Shown piece by piece: positions 10,070 through 18,657 of a stretch of 64,000 bases of DNA. Below the pieces are notes generated by a model. It searched no databases. It saw only the letters and a program-made list of their open reading frames with translations, and was not told the DNA's origin. How positions within the stretch are numbered: position 1 is the stretch's first letter; each line of letters starts with the position of its first letter. The translations under genes were made by a program, and so were the position numbers. Location of the stretch: IMG/VR virus record IMGVR_UViG_3300017917_003339, positions 28,495 through 92,494 of that record; one strand, written 5' to 3'. The DNA comes from a virus.

Positions 10070-11523
10070 TAATATGTGTATTTAAACCACGTTTCATAAT
10101 TTTTACCTAACGCATCCAGCGCTAACTCAACTTCTTTTAAACATTCGTTGATACCGCCACCGACGAGAACTATATTGTTAAGTCTATCTATAAAATCCAT
10201 AAGGTCTGGAATGTTAATACAATCATCAGAATCTTCCATAAGTTCTCTTATGTTCTCTGAACCATATTCATCAACAAACGCCCCCCAAAAATCCTCATCT
10301 AGCTCCCTAGAATCGTTTATGTTGTTATCACGCATGAATTTAACTAAGTTTACTAGTTCTTCATCATCACCACCACGGTCCATACAATTCCTAAAGAAGG
10401 CATAACCCTTGTCGTATAAAGTAGCTTCATAAGCTATATCTTCATCAAGCCCATTTTCAAAAAGCCAATTTCTATACTCACCTTCTGATACCATACCTAA
10501 AGTGTCATAACCATTGTATAAGAATGTAAGACCAGCTAACTCATCTATGTGTTGGTTGATATATTGAAACAATTTATATTGCATACCACCCATATATGGT
10601 GCGTACTCTGGTTGAACATCTACCACGACTAAGTGTCTACCAACAGCGCTTTCTTTAATAAGGTCAGATTCTTTAAGTGTTTTTTGTTGTAATTTGTCTA
10701 CCCCTCTATTTAATAACTTTTCCCTTACAGAGATATAATAGGTGTATAGTCGTTTAATTAAACGAGTAGCCATTTTAGGTTTAATAACTTTAAACCCTTC
10801 AAATTTTTGTTCAAATTCGTTTTTTACCCTATCAAAAGGCACCATATCAAAAGAACCATCGCTTTTTTTAAAGATTAATCTTAGATTTTTAATTGTTTCT
10901 GTGAATCTAGCGTTTATTTCGTGTGGTAACCTTAAATAATCTTTGTATTGTTGTGGTGTGATTGGAGCGTTTTCATCTGGATAATCAGCTCTATATTTTG
11001 CAACAGTCTTATTAGCCACATATTTTCTTTTGCTTCTCCAAGCATCATAAGCATGTTGTAATTCATGTGCAACCGTATCACGCATATCATTGGTTATAAT
11101 ATCTTTATAAACATTATCAACCATTTGTTCAATTGATTCTTGGGTGATAGGTCCTGATAACTTTGTTAACACATGTCTTTCTAACGATTCTTTAATTTGT
11201 TGTGGAGACAACCTTAATATTAACAAACCATCATCATCTGAATATGGTTTGAATTTCCCTGCGGTGCTATCATCACCTAATGACCTACTAAATTTAACAA
11301 CTAATTTAAAATTACTTAAAAAATCATTTATTTTAGTGTATATAGCTTTGGTTTTATCAAATATATTAAAAATAGATGTAAAAACGTTTAAAGCACTTCT
11401 TTGTCGTATTGCAAGATTAACAATATTCCTAATAGCCGCTTTTAAGACATCAGCGCTCAACACACTGATATCCGTAATTGTTTCAAAATCTTCTTTTAAT
11501 AGTTTTTTGATTAAATCTCTCAT
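10069..11523 (-). CDS. putative late/virion protein with HExxH domain and cysteine-hydrolase-like C-terminal domain
   Basis: MRDLIKKLLKE N-terminus, VAHELQHAYD, LVVVDVQ. Confidence 0.55.
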   Translation of the reverse strand: MRDLIKKLLKEDFETITDISVLSADVLKAAIRNIVNLAIRQRSALNVFTSIFNIFDKTKAIYTKINDFLSNFKLVVKFSRSLGDDSTAGKFKPYSDDDGLLILRLSPQQIKESLERHVLTKLSGPITQESIEQMVDNVYKDIITNDMRDTVAHELQHAYDAWRSKRKYVANKTVAKYRADYPDENAPITPQQYKDYLRLPHEINARFTETIKNLRLIFKKSDGSFDMVPFDRVKNEFEQKFEGFKVIKPKMATRLIKRLYTYYISVREKLLNRGVDKLQQKTLKESDLIKESAVGRHLVVVDVQPEYAPYMGGMQYKLFQYINQHIDELAGLTFLYNGYDTLGMVSEGEYRNWLFENGLDEDIAYEATLYDKGYAFFRNCMDRGGDDEELVNLVKFMRDNNINDSRELDEDFWGAFVDEYGSENIRELMEDSDDCINIPDLMDFIDRLNNIVLVGGGINECLKEVELALDALGKNYETWFKYTY

Positions 11524-11697
11524 TTGATTATTTTAATTTACTTAGAATTTCTTCGTTTTGTCTGATTAATTTAATTCTTTTTACAATGTTACCTCTGTTA
11601 GGTTTTGCTTTGGGTTTTTCTTTTCTTCTTGCCATAATATTGTTTTTACTATAAATATCTGGCCTAAATAAAAAAACCCATCATATGATGGGTTTAG

Positions 11698-11822
11698 TGG
11701 AGGGGGCGGGAATCGAACCACGCGTTTTTCAAATTTACAGTTTGCTTGATAATAAATTTATTTGCTGCAAACATTCTTTAACAGAAGCAGAATGTGTGTT
11801 TAACCAACATTTCAACCCCTCC
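11698..11822 (-). tRNA. tRNA-Tyr(GUA)-like RNA with inserted helix+CAGCA module
   Basis: Acceptor GGAGGGG/CCCCTCC, loop CTGTAAA, T-loop TTCGATT; ~50-nt insertion after the D arm. Confidence 0.6.
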
Positions 11823-11830
11823 TTGTTTTA

Positions 11831-11945
11831 GAGCCTAGCAGAGGACTCGAACCTCTCCTTATTCACCTAACGCAGCTTGTACAATGCCACTTGGTTCTCT
11901 TTCTGCTGGGATTTGCAGCGTGCTCCCTGATACACTAACTAGGCA
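11831..11945 (-). ncRNA. tRNA-like RNA with expanded anticodon region
   Basis: Acceptor GCCTAGT/GCTAGGC, D arm, T arm AGAGG-TTCGAGT-CCTCT; no 7-nt anticodon loop. Confidence 0.5.
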
Positions 11946-11963
11946 AATTCATGAAGCTTTTTC

Positions 11964-12050
11964 ACACCTGACAGGATTCGAACCTGCAATCTGGGGCTAT
12001 CTAAAACGCAAGTGCTGGGTCCCCATGTGATACCCTTTCACTACAAGCAT
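11964..12050 (-). ncRNA. tRNA-like RNA with expanded anticodon loop
   Basis: D arm GTGA..TCAC, stem TGGGG/CCCCA enclosing ~24 nt, T arm GCAGG-TTCGAAT-CCTGT. Confidence 0.5.
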
Positions 12051-12271
12051 AATACTCACTTCAAGACTACTCAGTACACGTACTAACCATACCTACGCAT
12101 CTTTTTACTCATTTACCATTCTTTACCGCTTTTTCCCAAAATACCTTATCATGCCCTTCCCATGATTTGGTTTTTAAAGCCTTTGCGTTTGATATATTCT
12201 GGAATACTCACAGCACGCCTTGATAAACTTTCAATCAACTCTCAATATGCTTTTCAACATACCTTTCATAG

Positions 12272-12303
12272 AGCGGATGACGGGATTCGAACCCGCGACC
12301 TCT
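12272..12303 (-). pseudogene. 3' half of a disrupted tRNA (Gly-type acceptor)
   Basis: GAGGTC-GCGGG-TTCGAAT-CCCGT-CATCCGC-T; complements the 5' half at 12838-12867. Confidence 0.8.
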
Positions 12304-12304
12304 G

Positions 12305-12376
12305 AGCGACTAACCAGAATCGAACTGGCATCCTCGACTTGGCAAGCCGATGCACTAACCGTTGTGCTATAGTCGC
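12305..12376 (-). tRNA. tRNA-Gly(GCC)
   Basis: Cloverleaf, loop TTGCCAA. Confidence 0.9.
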
Positions 12377-12377
12377 G

Positions 12378-12788
12378 TTATTTTTTTTCTTGTCTCTTTA
12401 CCCTACGTAATTCTCTACCATTACCTTTATTCAGCGCACCAAATGTTGGTGTTAGAGAATGACAATTAGGGCAAAGTAACTTTAAATTATCCAAAGAATT
12501 ATTATCAGAATTCCCATCAATATGTTCTAATTGTATTGGAACGTTATTGGTGATTGGGTTTCTTTCATTCCAACCACATTCCATACATTTTTCACCATAT
12601 TTGAAAATTAAATAATTTCGATAATTATTGATATAAAGAGTGGTATCACCTTTTTCAATATTTTCAAATATTAATTTTCTTTTATGTTCACCTTGGCAGT
12701 TATTATTACAGTATACATTCCTATTAGGGATTTTACCACCGCAATTTAAACATTCTTTTTCTAATTTTTCTCTTTCTCTCACGGACAA
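12378..12788 (-). CDS. HNH homing endonuclease (start approximate; ORF-track start 12863 lies inside a tRNA half)
   Basis: CxxC, LEHIDGNSDNNSLDNLKLLCPNCH. Confidence 0.88.
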   Translation of the reverse strand: MSVREREKLEKECLNCGGKIPNRNVYCNNNCQGEHKRKLIFENIEKGDTTLYINNYRNYLIFKYGEKCMECGWNERNPITNNVPIQLEHIDGNSDNNSLDNLKLLCPNCHSLTPTFGALNKGNGRELRRVKRQEKK

Positions 12789-12837
12789 CCTTATTTTATT
12801 ATAAATATCGGTCGTCCGTGAAAAAGTTAAAAAAAAT

Positions 12838-12867
12838 TTGGCGCTCAACCAGCCGAGCTCCATCCGC
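12838..12867 (-). pseudogene. 5' half of a disrupted tRNA (Gly-type acceptor)
   Basis: GCGGATG-GA-GCTC-GGCTGGTT-GAGC-G-CCA. Confidence 0.8.
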
Positions 12868-12947
12868 AGTTTGTGGCACTCTCGCCACCCGTCACCTTAT
12901 CCTGTGTTGTTTAATTTCGGACGTTTAAGGTCACACCGACGTACTTC

Positions 12948-13754
12948 TTACCAATACCACCATTTAGCTTCGTTTCTTGGTCTGTATTTGAACTCGTAGA
13001 AGTCTTGACTCCAAGCACTTGCACAAGCCCAATTGGTCCAATCACTATCGGTGATAAATTCTTTTTCAGACATCTCAACACCTTGTTCTTTATACCACTC
13101 ATAAGAGTCGTTAATGAAATCAGTGTTAAGGTTCTTTTGAAGAGCCATTTTATCATTTCTTCTGTTGGCTTTTTTGTATCTTTTCAAAAATCTAGAATAA
13201 CCGCTGTCGTTCCATGGTTTCATTCTAACTTCAATAGCCCAGATTTGGTCTTTGATAAAAGCTCTTTCACTTTCCAACTCACCATCTACCACTTTGCGGT
13301 GAGTGATGTAGCTGTTTTTGATTTTAGTAACCAAGTAGTGTTGTGGGATGTAAGGAACATAGTAACTATATTCTTGTCCCCAAACAAACTCGGTTCTTTT
13401 GTGAAGATACTCTTGAACCCATGGTAAAAAACCATCGTATTCTTTTTGAGTGACTCTTCTAAAGTATGGTCTTTTGTCCCACACTTTACCTTTTTTGTTT
13501 TTGATATAGAACTCTTTGGTTCTAGACCAAGTTTCAACTGCAAAGTTGTCAATAAAGTATTGGTATAACCAAGCTACTCTATCTTCTCGTTTTGCAACAT
13601 CTTCTCTTAGAGTTAAGAAAGCGTTGTAACCGTGATGTACTGGTTTTTCAAGCTCAACATAACCTAAATTTCTGATGGCTTGGATAAGCTCATCTTCTCT
13701 TTCGCGTAACGCTAATAAGCGTTTGTAATCTTTGTGTTTTGTGTTTTTACTCAT
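12948..13754 (-). CDS. hypothetical protein
   Basis: 268 aa ORF. Confidence 0.7.
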   Translation of the reverse strand: MSKNTKHKDYKRLLALREREDELIQAIRNLGYVELEKPVHHGYNAFLTLREDVAKREDRVAWLYQYFIDNFAVETWSRTKEFYIKNKKGKVWDKRPYFRRVTQKEYDGFLPWVQEYLHKRTEFVWGQEYSYYVPYIPQHYLVTKIKNSYITHRKVVDGELESERAFIKDQIWAIEVRMKPWNDSGYSRFLKRYKKANRRNDKMALQKNLNTDFINDSYEWYKEQGVEMSEKEFITDSDWTNWACASAWSQDFYEFKYRPRNEAKWWYW

Positions 13755-13818
13755 TGTTCTCGGTGTTGGTAATTAGTACCTTACCACCTCGAACCTTTAA
13801 AAATTGCCATCATAGTTT

Positions 13819-14127
13819 TTATTTTAAATCAATTTTACCAACTATTGTAAAACCCTTAGGTTTCCATCTTTCTTTTTCTTTGTCACTTATTGTGTTGCCG
13901 TTTTTACCGACATGAAATTTATGACAAGACTTGCATTTATACGCCACCACTTTGAATTTTCTTTCAGGTAGTGCGTTCACACTCTTAGCGTGCTTGATAG
14001 CTTGCTCAAGTGTGTCGAAGGCTTTTTTAGGTTTATCAACCAATTGACCGTTTATTCTACTTACTACTTGAGTTGTGCAATCCATTATGAATTTTCTTTG
14101 ATGTATCTTCTGATTACCGCTTCGCAA
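13819..14127 (-). CDS. hypothetical protein with CxxC-H motif
   Basis: AYKCKSCHKFHVG. Confidence 0.6.
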   Translation of the reverse strand: MRSGNQKIHQRKFIMDCTTQVVSRINGQLVDKPKKAFDTLEQAIKHAKSVNALPERKFKVVAYKCKSCHKFHVGKNGNTISDKEKERWKPKGFTIVGKIDLK

Positions 14128-14312
14128 TCACGCTCAACATCTGGTTGTTTTCTTTTTTTCTTTTGACTTTCCCATTTGTCTTTCTCAACTTCTTTGAAAA
14201 ACAAATCATCAAAAATTTCTACATAACCAATAATTTTATCTTGATAAAGAATATATGTTAAATTGTTGGTTGAATAGAATTTTGGTACGATTCTGAAATC
14301 TTCTCTATTCAT
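14085..14312 (-). CDS. hypothetical protein
   Basis: ORF downstream of promoter at ~14331. Confidence 0.6.
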   Translation of the reverse strand: MNREDFRIVPKFYSTNNLTYILYQDKIIGYVEIFDDLFFKEVEKDKWESQKKKRKQPDVERDCEAVIRRYIKENS

Positions 14313-14351
14313 AATATTTACGTTTTATGATGCAAATATACGAATTATTTT

Positions 14352-14645
14352 TTAAATACCAAAATTTTCTTCACCCATTTTTTTTATTAACACAGCTTCA
14401 GAAATAGCATGTTTAGCATCTTCTAAATCCTTGGCAAATGTAACAACCTCACCATCCCATAGGGTTATTTTAATATAACCATCTTCACCCTTTTCAATGA
14501 CAGTGTTTTTCATATCTTCAACCATCTTAGCCAATCGTCTATTTCTACTTTCCCAGTCTCTGAGAAATCTTTTCTTTCCTTCTTCGGTCATAAAACGACC
14601 AGTAAAACTTAACCCTTTCATAATACTTAAATTTAATTTGAGCAC
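14352..14645 (-). CDS. hypothetical protein
   Basis: ORF; likely start MKGLSF. Confidence 0.55.
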   Translation of the reverse strand: MLKLNLSIMKGLSFTGRFMTEEGKKRFLRDWESRNRRLAKMVEDMKNTVIEKGEDGYIKITLWDGEVVTFAKDLEDAKHAISEAVLIKKMGEENFGI

Positions 14646-14713
14646 TAGACGGGCCTCGAACCCATGACCTCTCCCATACCAAGGGAGTGTTCTGCCTACT
14701 GAACTACAAGTGC
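14641..14713 (-). tRNA. tRNA-Thr(GGU)
   Basis: CTCCC-TTGGTAT-GGGAG. Confidence 0.9.
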
Positions 14714-14719
14714 ATTTAG

Positions 14720-14793
14720 AGCCTCCGACAGGAATCGAACCTGCGACCTTCTCCTTACAAGGGAGTTGCTCTGGCCTGCTGAGCTACGGAGGC
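14720..14793 (-). tRNA. tRNA-Thr(UGU)
   Basis: CTCC-CTTGTAA-GGAG. Confidence 0.92.
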
Positions 14794-14857
14794 ATAACGG
14801 CCTATAACGTTTGCCATTCGGTGCATTTTGTTTCTCGCAGAACACTTACTGCTTGTG

Positions 14858-14940
14858 TGAGAGTAGTAGGATTCGAACCTACTCAGGCATAGCCAACGGT
14901 TTTACAGACCGCCCCAGCTCTCCAACTCTGGCGTACTCCC
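14858..14940 (-). tRNA. tRNA-Tyr(GUA)
   Basis: GCGGT-CTGTAAA-ACCGT, long V arm. Confidence 0.92.
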
Positions 14941-14949
14941 AATATTTAG

Positions 14950-15028
14950 TGGGCCTAGTAGGAATCGAACCTACAAGAATTAACACGATTTTACAGACCG
15001 CTGAGCTCACCACCTGCTCAATAGACCC
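14950..15028 (-). tRNA. tRNA-Tyr(GUA)
   Basis: GCGGT-CTGTAAA-ATCGT. Confidence 0.85.
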
Positions 15029-15097
15029 AAGTTCAGGGTGGTGTATCGGTTTCAAATTAAAAGTTTGATGATAATGATTGCTGAAACCACCCTTTAG

Positions 15098-15169
15098 TTG
15101 GAGGATAGGGACTCGAACCCTAAAAACGACAGTCAAAGTGTCGTATGTTGCCAATTACATCATCCTCCA
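15098..15169 (-). tRNA. tRNA-Gln(UUG)
   Basis: CGACA-CTTTGAC-TGTCG. Confidence 0.9.
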
Positions 15170-15178
15170 ATATGTTAG

Positions 15179-15260
15179 TTGGGAAAGAGGGACTCGAACC
15201 CCCATGTACTTCGCGTCTTCTGGCTCAAAACCAGAGGTGTTACCATTACACCATTTCCCA
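15179..15260 (-). tRNA. tRNA-Gln(UUG) with extended variable region
   Basis: TCTGG-TTTTGAG-CCAGA. Confidence 0.85.
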
Positions 15261-15316
15261 AAATTTCTAATTCTATGCTTGTCCTCACGCAACTCTATGA
15301 ATTAGTAACAGTCTCA
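15261..15316 (-). repeat. tRNA-spacer structured repeat, copy 1
   Basis: GAGACTGTTA-CTAATTC-ATAG...GCATA-GAATTAG-AAATTT. Confidence 0.8.
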
Positions 15317-15323
15317 TCAACTG

Positions 15324-15396
15324 AGCGGAAGACGGGACTCGAACCCGCAACCCCCGACTTGGAAGGACGGTGCTCTACCAATTGAGCTACTTCCGC
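15324..15396 (-). tRNA. tRNA-Gly(UCC)
   Basis: loop CTTCCAA, GCGGAAG/CTTCCGC. Confidence 0.92.
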
Positions 15397-15455
15397 AAAT
15401 TTTTAATTCTATGCAGACACTTACAAATGGGCCCCTATGAATTAATAACAGTCTC
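15397..15455 (-). repeat. tRNA-spacer structured repeat, copy 2
   Basis: GAGACTGTTA-TTAATTC-ATAG...GCATA-GAATTAA-AAATTT. Confidence 0.8.
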
Positions 15456-15461
15456 TTCTCG

Positions 15462-15537
15462 TCGGGATGACTGGACTCGAACCAGCATGATGTCCTGCTC
15501 CCAAAGCAGGCGACTTAACCAATTAGTCCACATCCCG
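15462..15537 (-). tRNA. tRNA-Pro(UGG)
   Basis: CCTGC-TTTGGGA-GCAGG. Confidence 0.9.
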
Positions 15538-16074
15538 TTTAAATTTTTCTACATATTCTAAAACCGTTTCTTCTATTAAATTTCTATACCTACTATGCCA
15601 ATAAGCATGATGTGTTGCACATAGAGGTATTAAATTCTCAGGTTTATTATTGTTTCTATCCCCATCTAAATGGTGAACATCTAACAATAATTTTTCATCA
15701 CAAACAACACATTTATGTTCGTGGTGTAAGAAACATGTTGACCTGTATGCATGTTCTTTCCAGTTTGGGTTTTTATCACCACTTCTAAAGAAAGAGTTTG
15801 CACAAGCATGAGAACATGTAATTTTTTCTCTTTTTGAACCTGATTGAGTTTCAAATTCATTCTCACAAACAGGACAAATTTTAATTATTCGTTCATATTT
15901 GAGAAAATGTTTTTTCTTTCTATTAGGTTCAAATTTTAAACCATTTATTTCAAATAACGCATCTAACTTTTTATACCCAGCACCATTATTGCTGATATTT
16001 AACCTTTTACAAGCTTCATTTTTAGAACTACATTCTAGTATAATTTTTTCTAATTCTTCTTTTTCGATATTCAT
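15523..16074 (-). CDS. HNH homing endonuclease
   Basis: DVHHLDGDRNNNKPENLIPLCATHH; stop codon lies inside the downstream tRNA-Pro. Confidence 0.88.
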   Translation of the reverse strand: MNIEKEELEKIILECSSKNEACKRLNISNNGAGYKKLDALFEINGLKFEPNRKKKHFLKYERIIKICPVCENEFETQSGSKREKITCSHACANSFFRSGDKNPNWKEHAYRSTCFLHHEHKCVVCDEKLLLDVHHLDGDRNNNKPENLIPLCATHHAYWHSRYRNLIEETVLEYVEKFKRDVD

Positions 16075-16137
16075 AACTTATTTTTATTATAAATATCATC
16101 AAATGTCGAAAAAATCACTTTTGGGAAATTTTATTTT

Positions 16138-16181
16138 CTGCATCCCAAATGCAGCGGATTAGCCAACTTTCCCACTACCCG
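16138..16181 (-). pseudogene. truncated tRNA-Pro(UGG), 5' part only
   Basis: CGGGTAG..D arm..CTGCA-TTTGGGA-TGCAG, followed by AT-rich HNH upstream region; no T arm. Confidence 0.8.
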
Positions 16182-16190
16182 TAATATTTG

Positions 16191-16264
16191 TACCCCCGAA
16201 GGGACTCGAACCCATGACCCCCCGCTTAAAAGGCGGGTGCTCTAACCAACTGAGCTACGAAGGC
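16191..16264 (-). tRNA. tRNA-Lys(UUU)
   Basis: CCCGC-CTTTTAA-GCGGG. Confidence 0.92.
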
Positions 16265-16269
16265 ATTTG

Positions 16270-16342
16270 TTCCCCCGACGGGCCTCGAACCCGCTACCCA
16301 CTGGTTAAAAGCCAGTTGCCCGTCCACATGAGCTTCGAAGGA
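16270..16342 (-). tRNA. tRNA-Lys(UUU)
   Basis: ACTGG-CTTTTAA-CCAGT. Confidence 0.88.
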
Positions 16343-16359
16343 ATTTATATTTCTATTTG

Positions 16360-16431
16360 TTCCCCCGCCCAGAGTCGAACTGGATTCCGTAGATTAAAAG
16401 TCTACTGCATCACCACCAATGCTTCGAGGGA
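16360..16431 (-). tRNA. tRNA-Lys(UUU)
   Basis: GTAGA-CTTTTAA-TCTAC. Confidence 0.85.
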
Positions 16432-16515
16432 ATATGTATCTTGCCCCTCAAAACATTGAGGGAATTACTGTTTACTCTTTATCTTCTTTATTGTTTTCAT
16501 TGTTTTTATTTTATT

Positions 16516-16592
16516 TGGCCTCCCAGAAGGATTCGAACCTTCCATCCATAAGCCCCCAATGGGCTGCGCTTTTCCTACTAAGCTATGGGACG
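16516..16592 (-). tRNA. degenerate tRNA, possibly Gln(UUG)-derived
   Basis: Good D and T arms; AGCC-CATTGGG-GGCT loop lacks U33. Confidence 0.5.
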
Positions 16593-16607
16593 CATATTTT
16601 ATTTTTG

Positions 16608-16702
16608 TCTGGTAAACAGGATTCGAACCTGTGGTAGACACTACCTTTGTGCCCACATCGGATTCCAAGTCCGACCGCTTAAACCATCTCGCGCATTACC
16701 AG
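16608..16702 (-). tRNA. tRNA-Pro(UGG) with long variable arm
   Basis: TCGGA-CTTGGAA-TCCGA; acceptor CTGGTAA/TTACCAG. Confidence 0.75.
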
Positions 16703-16716
16703 TTATTTTGTTGCAT

Positions 16717-16753
16717 AAAAAAACCCAGTTTAGATTTTACTCTGAACTGGGTC
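16717..16753 (-). terminator. attenuator terminator of tRNA operon 1
   Basis: GACCCAGTTCAGA-GTAAAA-TCTAAACTGGG-T7. Confidence 0.9.
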
Positions 16754-16777
16754 TATAATTTGTACTTGCGTACTTTA

Positions 16778-16879
16778 TTATATTGTTGTCAAGTCTGAAA
16801 ACATGACATACCCAGTCGACCTGAACGGTTTCCCGCCCTTAGGTTGATATTGCGTTTGATATGTTTTAGTTGTTTTCAT
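16778..16879 (-). CDS. leader peptide 1 (K/T/Y/Q/P/G sensor): MKTTKTYQTQYQPKGGKPFRSTGYVMFSDLTTI
   Basis: Manual translation; lies between promoter and terminator; contains antiterminator ACTGGGT at 16810-16816. Confidence 0.88.
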   Translation of the reverse strand: MKTTKTYQTQYQPKGGKPFRSTGYVMFSDLTTI

Positions 16880-16954
16880 AACTTTGTTTTTTGTTTTGTT
16901 TATAAATATGTTGTTTTTTAAAAAAATTCTGTTTTTGTTTATTAATTTTTACAA

Positions 16955-16990
16955 TGCAAAGATACTAACTATTATAATACAAGTCAAGTT
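16955..16990 (-). promoter_or_regulatory. promoter of tRNA operon 1
   Basis: ACTTGACT...GTATCTTTGCA (TAnnTTTG -7 box); same arrangement at all four leaders. Confidence 0.75.
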
Positions 16991-17021
16991 TTTTTGTAAA
17001 AAAATTTAAAATATTTTATAA

Positions 17022-17570
17022 CTACTTGAATTTCAGTTTAATATCCATTGAAATTTTTTCTGGCGCTGGGGTTGAACCACCGAAATATGGGTTTAATTGG
17101 TATCTTACAAAATCCCATGATGAGGTTCTTTTTGCCGCCACAACTGATTTATTGATTCTTATCTTGTAATAATCGTCAAGAATATCAATTGCAAAATAGT
17201 GTTGTTTGTTAGGTTCCACGTGTGTTATTGCAAACACACTTCTAACGGTATTGTTGTAAATTATCCCAACTATCTCAACCATGTCTGGATATCTTGGGTT
17301 GTATCTCCAACCGATTCTAACGCTATCAATATGGTGTGACCAGCTATCTGATAACCCAATTAGTTTGTTTGAATCCTTTTGTTTTGGTATTGAATACTTG
17401 TAACCATCTATAAAGGTAAAGACCCCACTTATGGAGTCTTTGATAGTGAACGTTGGAATCAACGTACTTCTATGTTTACCTTTATTGATAGTGTATATCA
17501 TTTTCTTCTGTAAGAGTTTATCGCAAAATATGTTAGTGCTATAAAGCTGTAACCGATGTATAGACCACAA
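17022..17570 (-). CDS. hypothetical protein (likely start ~17501, MIYTINK)
   Basis: ORF. Confidence 0.65.
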   Translation of the reverse strand: MWSIHRLQLYSTNIFCDKLLQKKMIYTINKGKHRSTLIPTFTIKDSISGVFTFIDGYKYSIPKQKDSNKLIGLSDSWSHHIDSVRIGWRYNPRYPDMVEIVGIIYNNTVRSVFAITHVEPNKQHYFAIDILDDYYKIRINKSVVAAKRTSSWDFVRYQLNPYFGGSTPAPEKISMDIKLKFK

Positions 17571-17674
17571 GGGATTGTTATAAATTTAGACCAAGCTTCA
17601 TCTTGGAAAAGAAGACCTACAAAACCTAGTATGGCCGATGTTACTAATAAATATAAATTTACTTTCATTTATTT

Positions 17675-18115
17675 TTATTTTTTTGCTTTATTAGCGTTTC
17701 GCTTTGCGATTCTATCTCTTAGCTTTGCCGCCAACTCGTAATTTTCTTCTTTAACCGCAGTTTCCAATTGTTGTTCCAATGGGATTCTAGGTTTCTTGGT
17801 GTTTGTTTTGTTTTTTGATTCAGAAAACGGAACATCTGATATAACCGTCTTAATAATTTTACCGTGTTGTGTTTCCCAAATTCTTTTTTGGTAATACATA
17901 CCACCTTCCTCATAGCTTTCCACCTTGTCTGGCTCACCCAAAGAAGAATCAAAATTCTTAAGAGCCTTAATGTGGTCAAAAATGTCTCTGTCGCTGATAT
18001 CACCATTATCGTTTAACTTATTAAAAAGTTTATCCATAAAGTTTTCAGCCTCGTTTTTTTTATTGTTTGACTTATCATTCATAAAGTCATTGAACAATGA
18101 ATCGAAATCACTCAT
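17675..18115 (-). CDS. UVR (UvrB/UvrC motif) domain protein
   Basis: LEQQLETAVKEENYELAAKLRDRI. Confidence 0.8.
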   Translation of the reverse strand: MSDFDSLFNDFMNDKSNNKKNEAENFMDKLFNKLNDNGDISDRDIFDHIKALKNFDSSLGEPDKVESYEEGGMYYQKRIWETQHGKIIKTVISDVPFSESKNKTNTKKPRIPLEQQLETAVKEENYELAAKLRDRIAKRNANKAKK

Positions 18116-18594
18116 TTTTTAGCAGATTTATTTGTTAGTTTCTTTTTTGTTTTAATAGTACTGTATTTTAGAATTCTATAAACATTTATCTTTGACAAAT
18201 AAATGAATAAACCGAAAAATACTGTAGCCAAAAAATACATTATTGACATTGTGTACCAATAGTTTTGTGTTAGTTGGTTTATACCGTAAACAACCCAATC
18301 GTAACCTAACGGATTTAAAAATAACCCTACCGTTACCAACATGTTGCCTACAGCTCTTTTGTTTGTTTTAAAGAAGTAGTAAGACAAGGATAACGCTAAC
18401 AGCGCCAACCCATATAGAACGTACATTGTACTCCAATAATCGTTGGTCAATTGAGTCAGTTTGTATACCAAAATATCGAACCCAAAAGGGTTTAGAAAGG
18501 TCGCCATCATCAAGCTGGCTGTCGCCATTTTCTTTCTCATTCCTGTAACTATCACCTTCCATACATTTGTGTTTAATGACATGTCGGGTAACAC
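18112..18594 (-). CDS. membrane protein with internal duplication
   Basis: Two repeats FLNPxGxD...QLTxxYWxTM. Confidence 0.7.
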   Translation of the reverse strand: MLPDMSLNTNVWKVIVTGMRKKMATASLMMATFLNPFGFDILVYKLTQLTNDYWSTMYVLYGLALLALSLSYYFFKTNKRAVGNMLVTVGLFLNPLGYDWVVYGINQLTQNYWYTMSIMYFLATVFFGLFIYLSKINVYRILKYSTIKTKKKLTNKSAKK

Positions 18595-18657
18595 ATCATA
18601 TTGTTACCCAACATCTTATTTTATTATAAATATACTGAAATATTTATTTTTGTCAAC

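Noticed and set aside
12105-12270. Protein-like reading frame interrupted by TGA codons
   Set aside because: Short, no clear start, and no other evidence of TGA read-through; possibly a gene remnant
14710-16668. Short track ORFs on both strands across tRNA array 1 (likewise 31687-31998, 34311-35029, 53711-54007 and 54196-54420)
   Set aside because: They are translations of tRNA genes or their antisense; the HNH at 15523-16074 is the exception
16608-16702. First read as tRNA-Ser(GGA) because of the long variable arm
   Set aside because: The 5-bp stem TCGGA/TCCGA centres the loop CTTGGAA on UGG (Pro)
16900-16910. TATAAATA on the plus strand as a T4 late promoter driving antisense RNA
   Set aside because: Orientation at plus-strand genes (9891, 38324) shows the functional sense is ATATTTATA on the coding strand
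16717-16990. T-box riboswitch explanation for the leaders
   Set aside because: No T-box consensus or specifier stem seen; each leader has an open reading frame with codon bias matching its array
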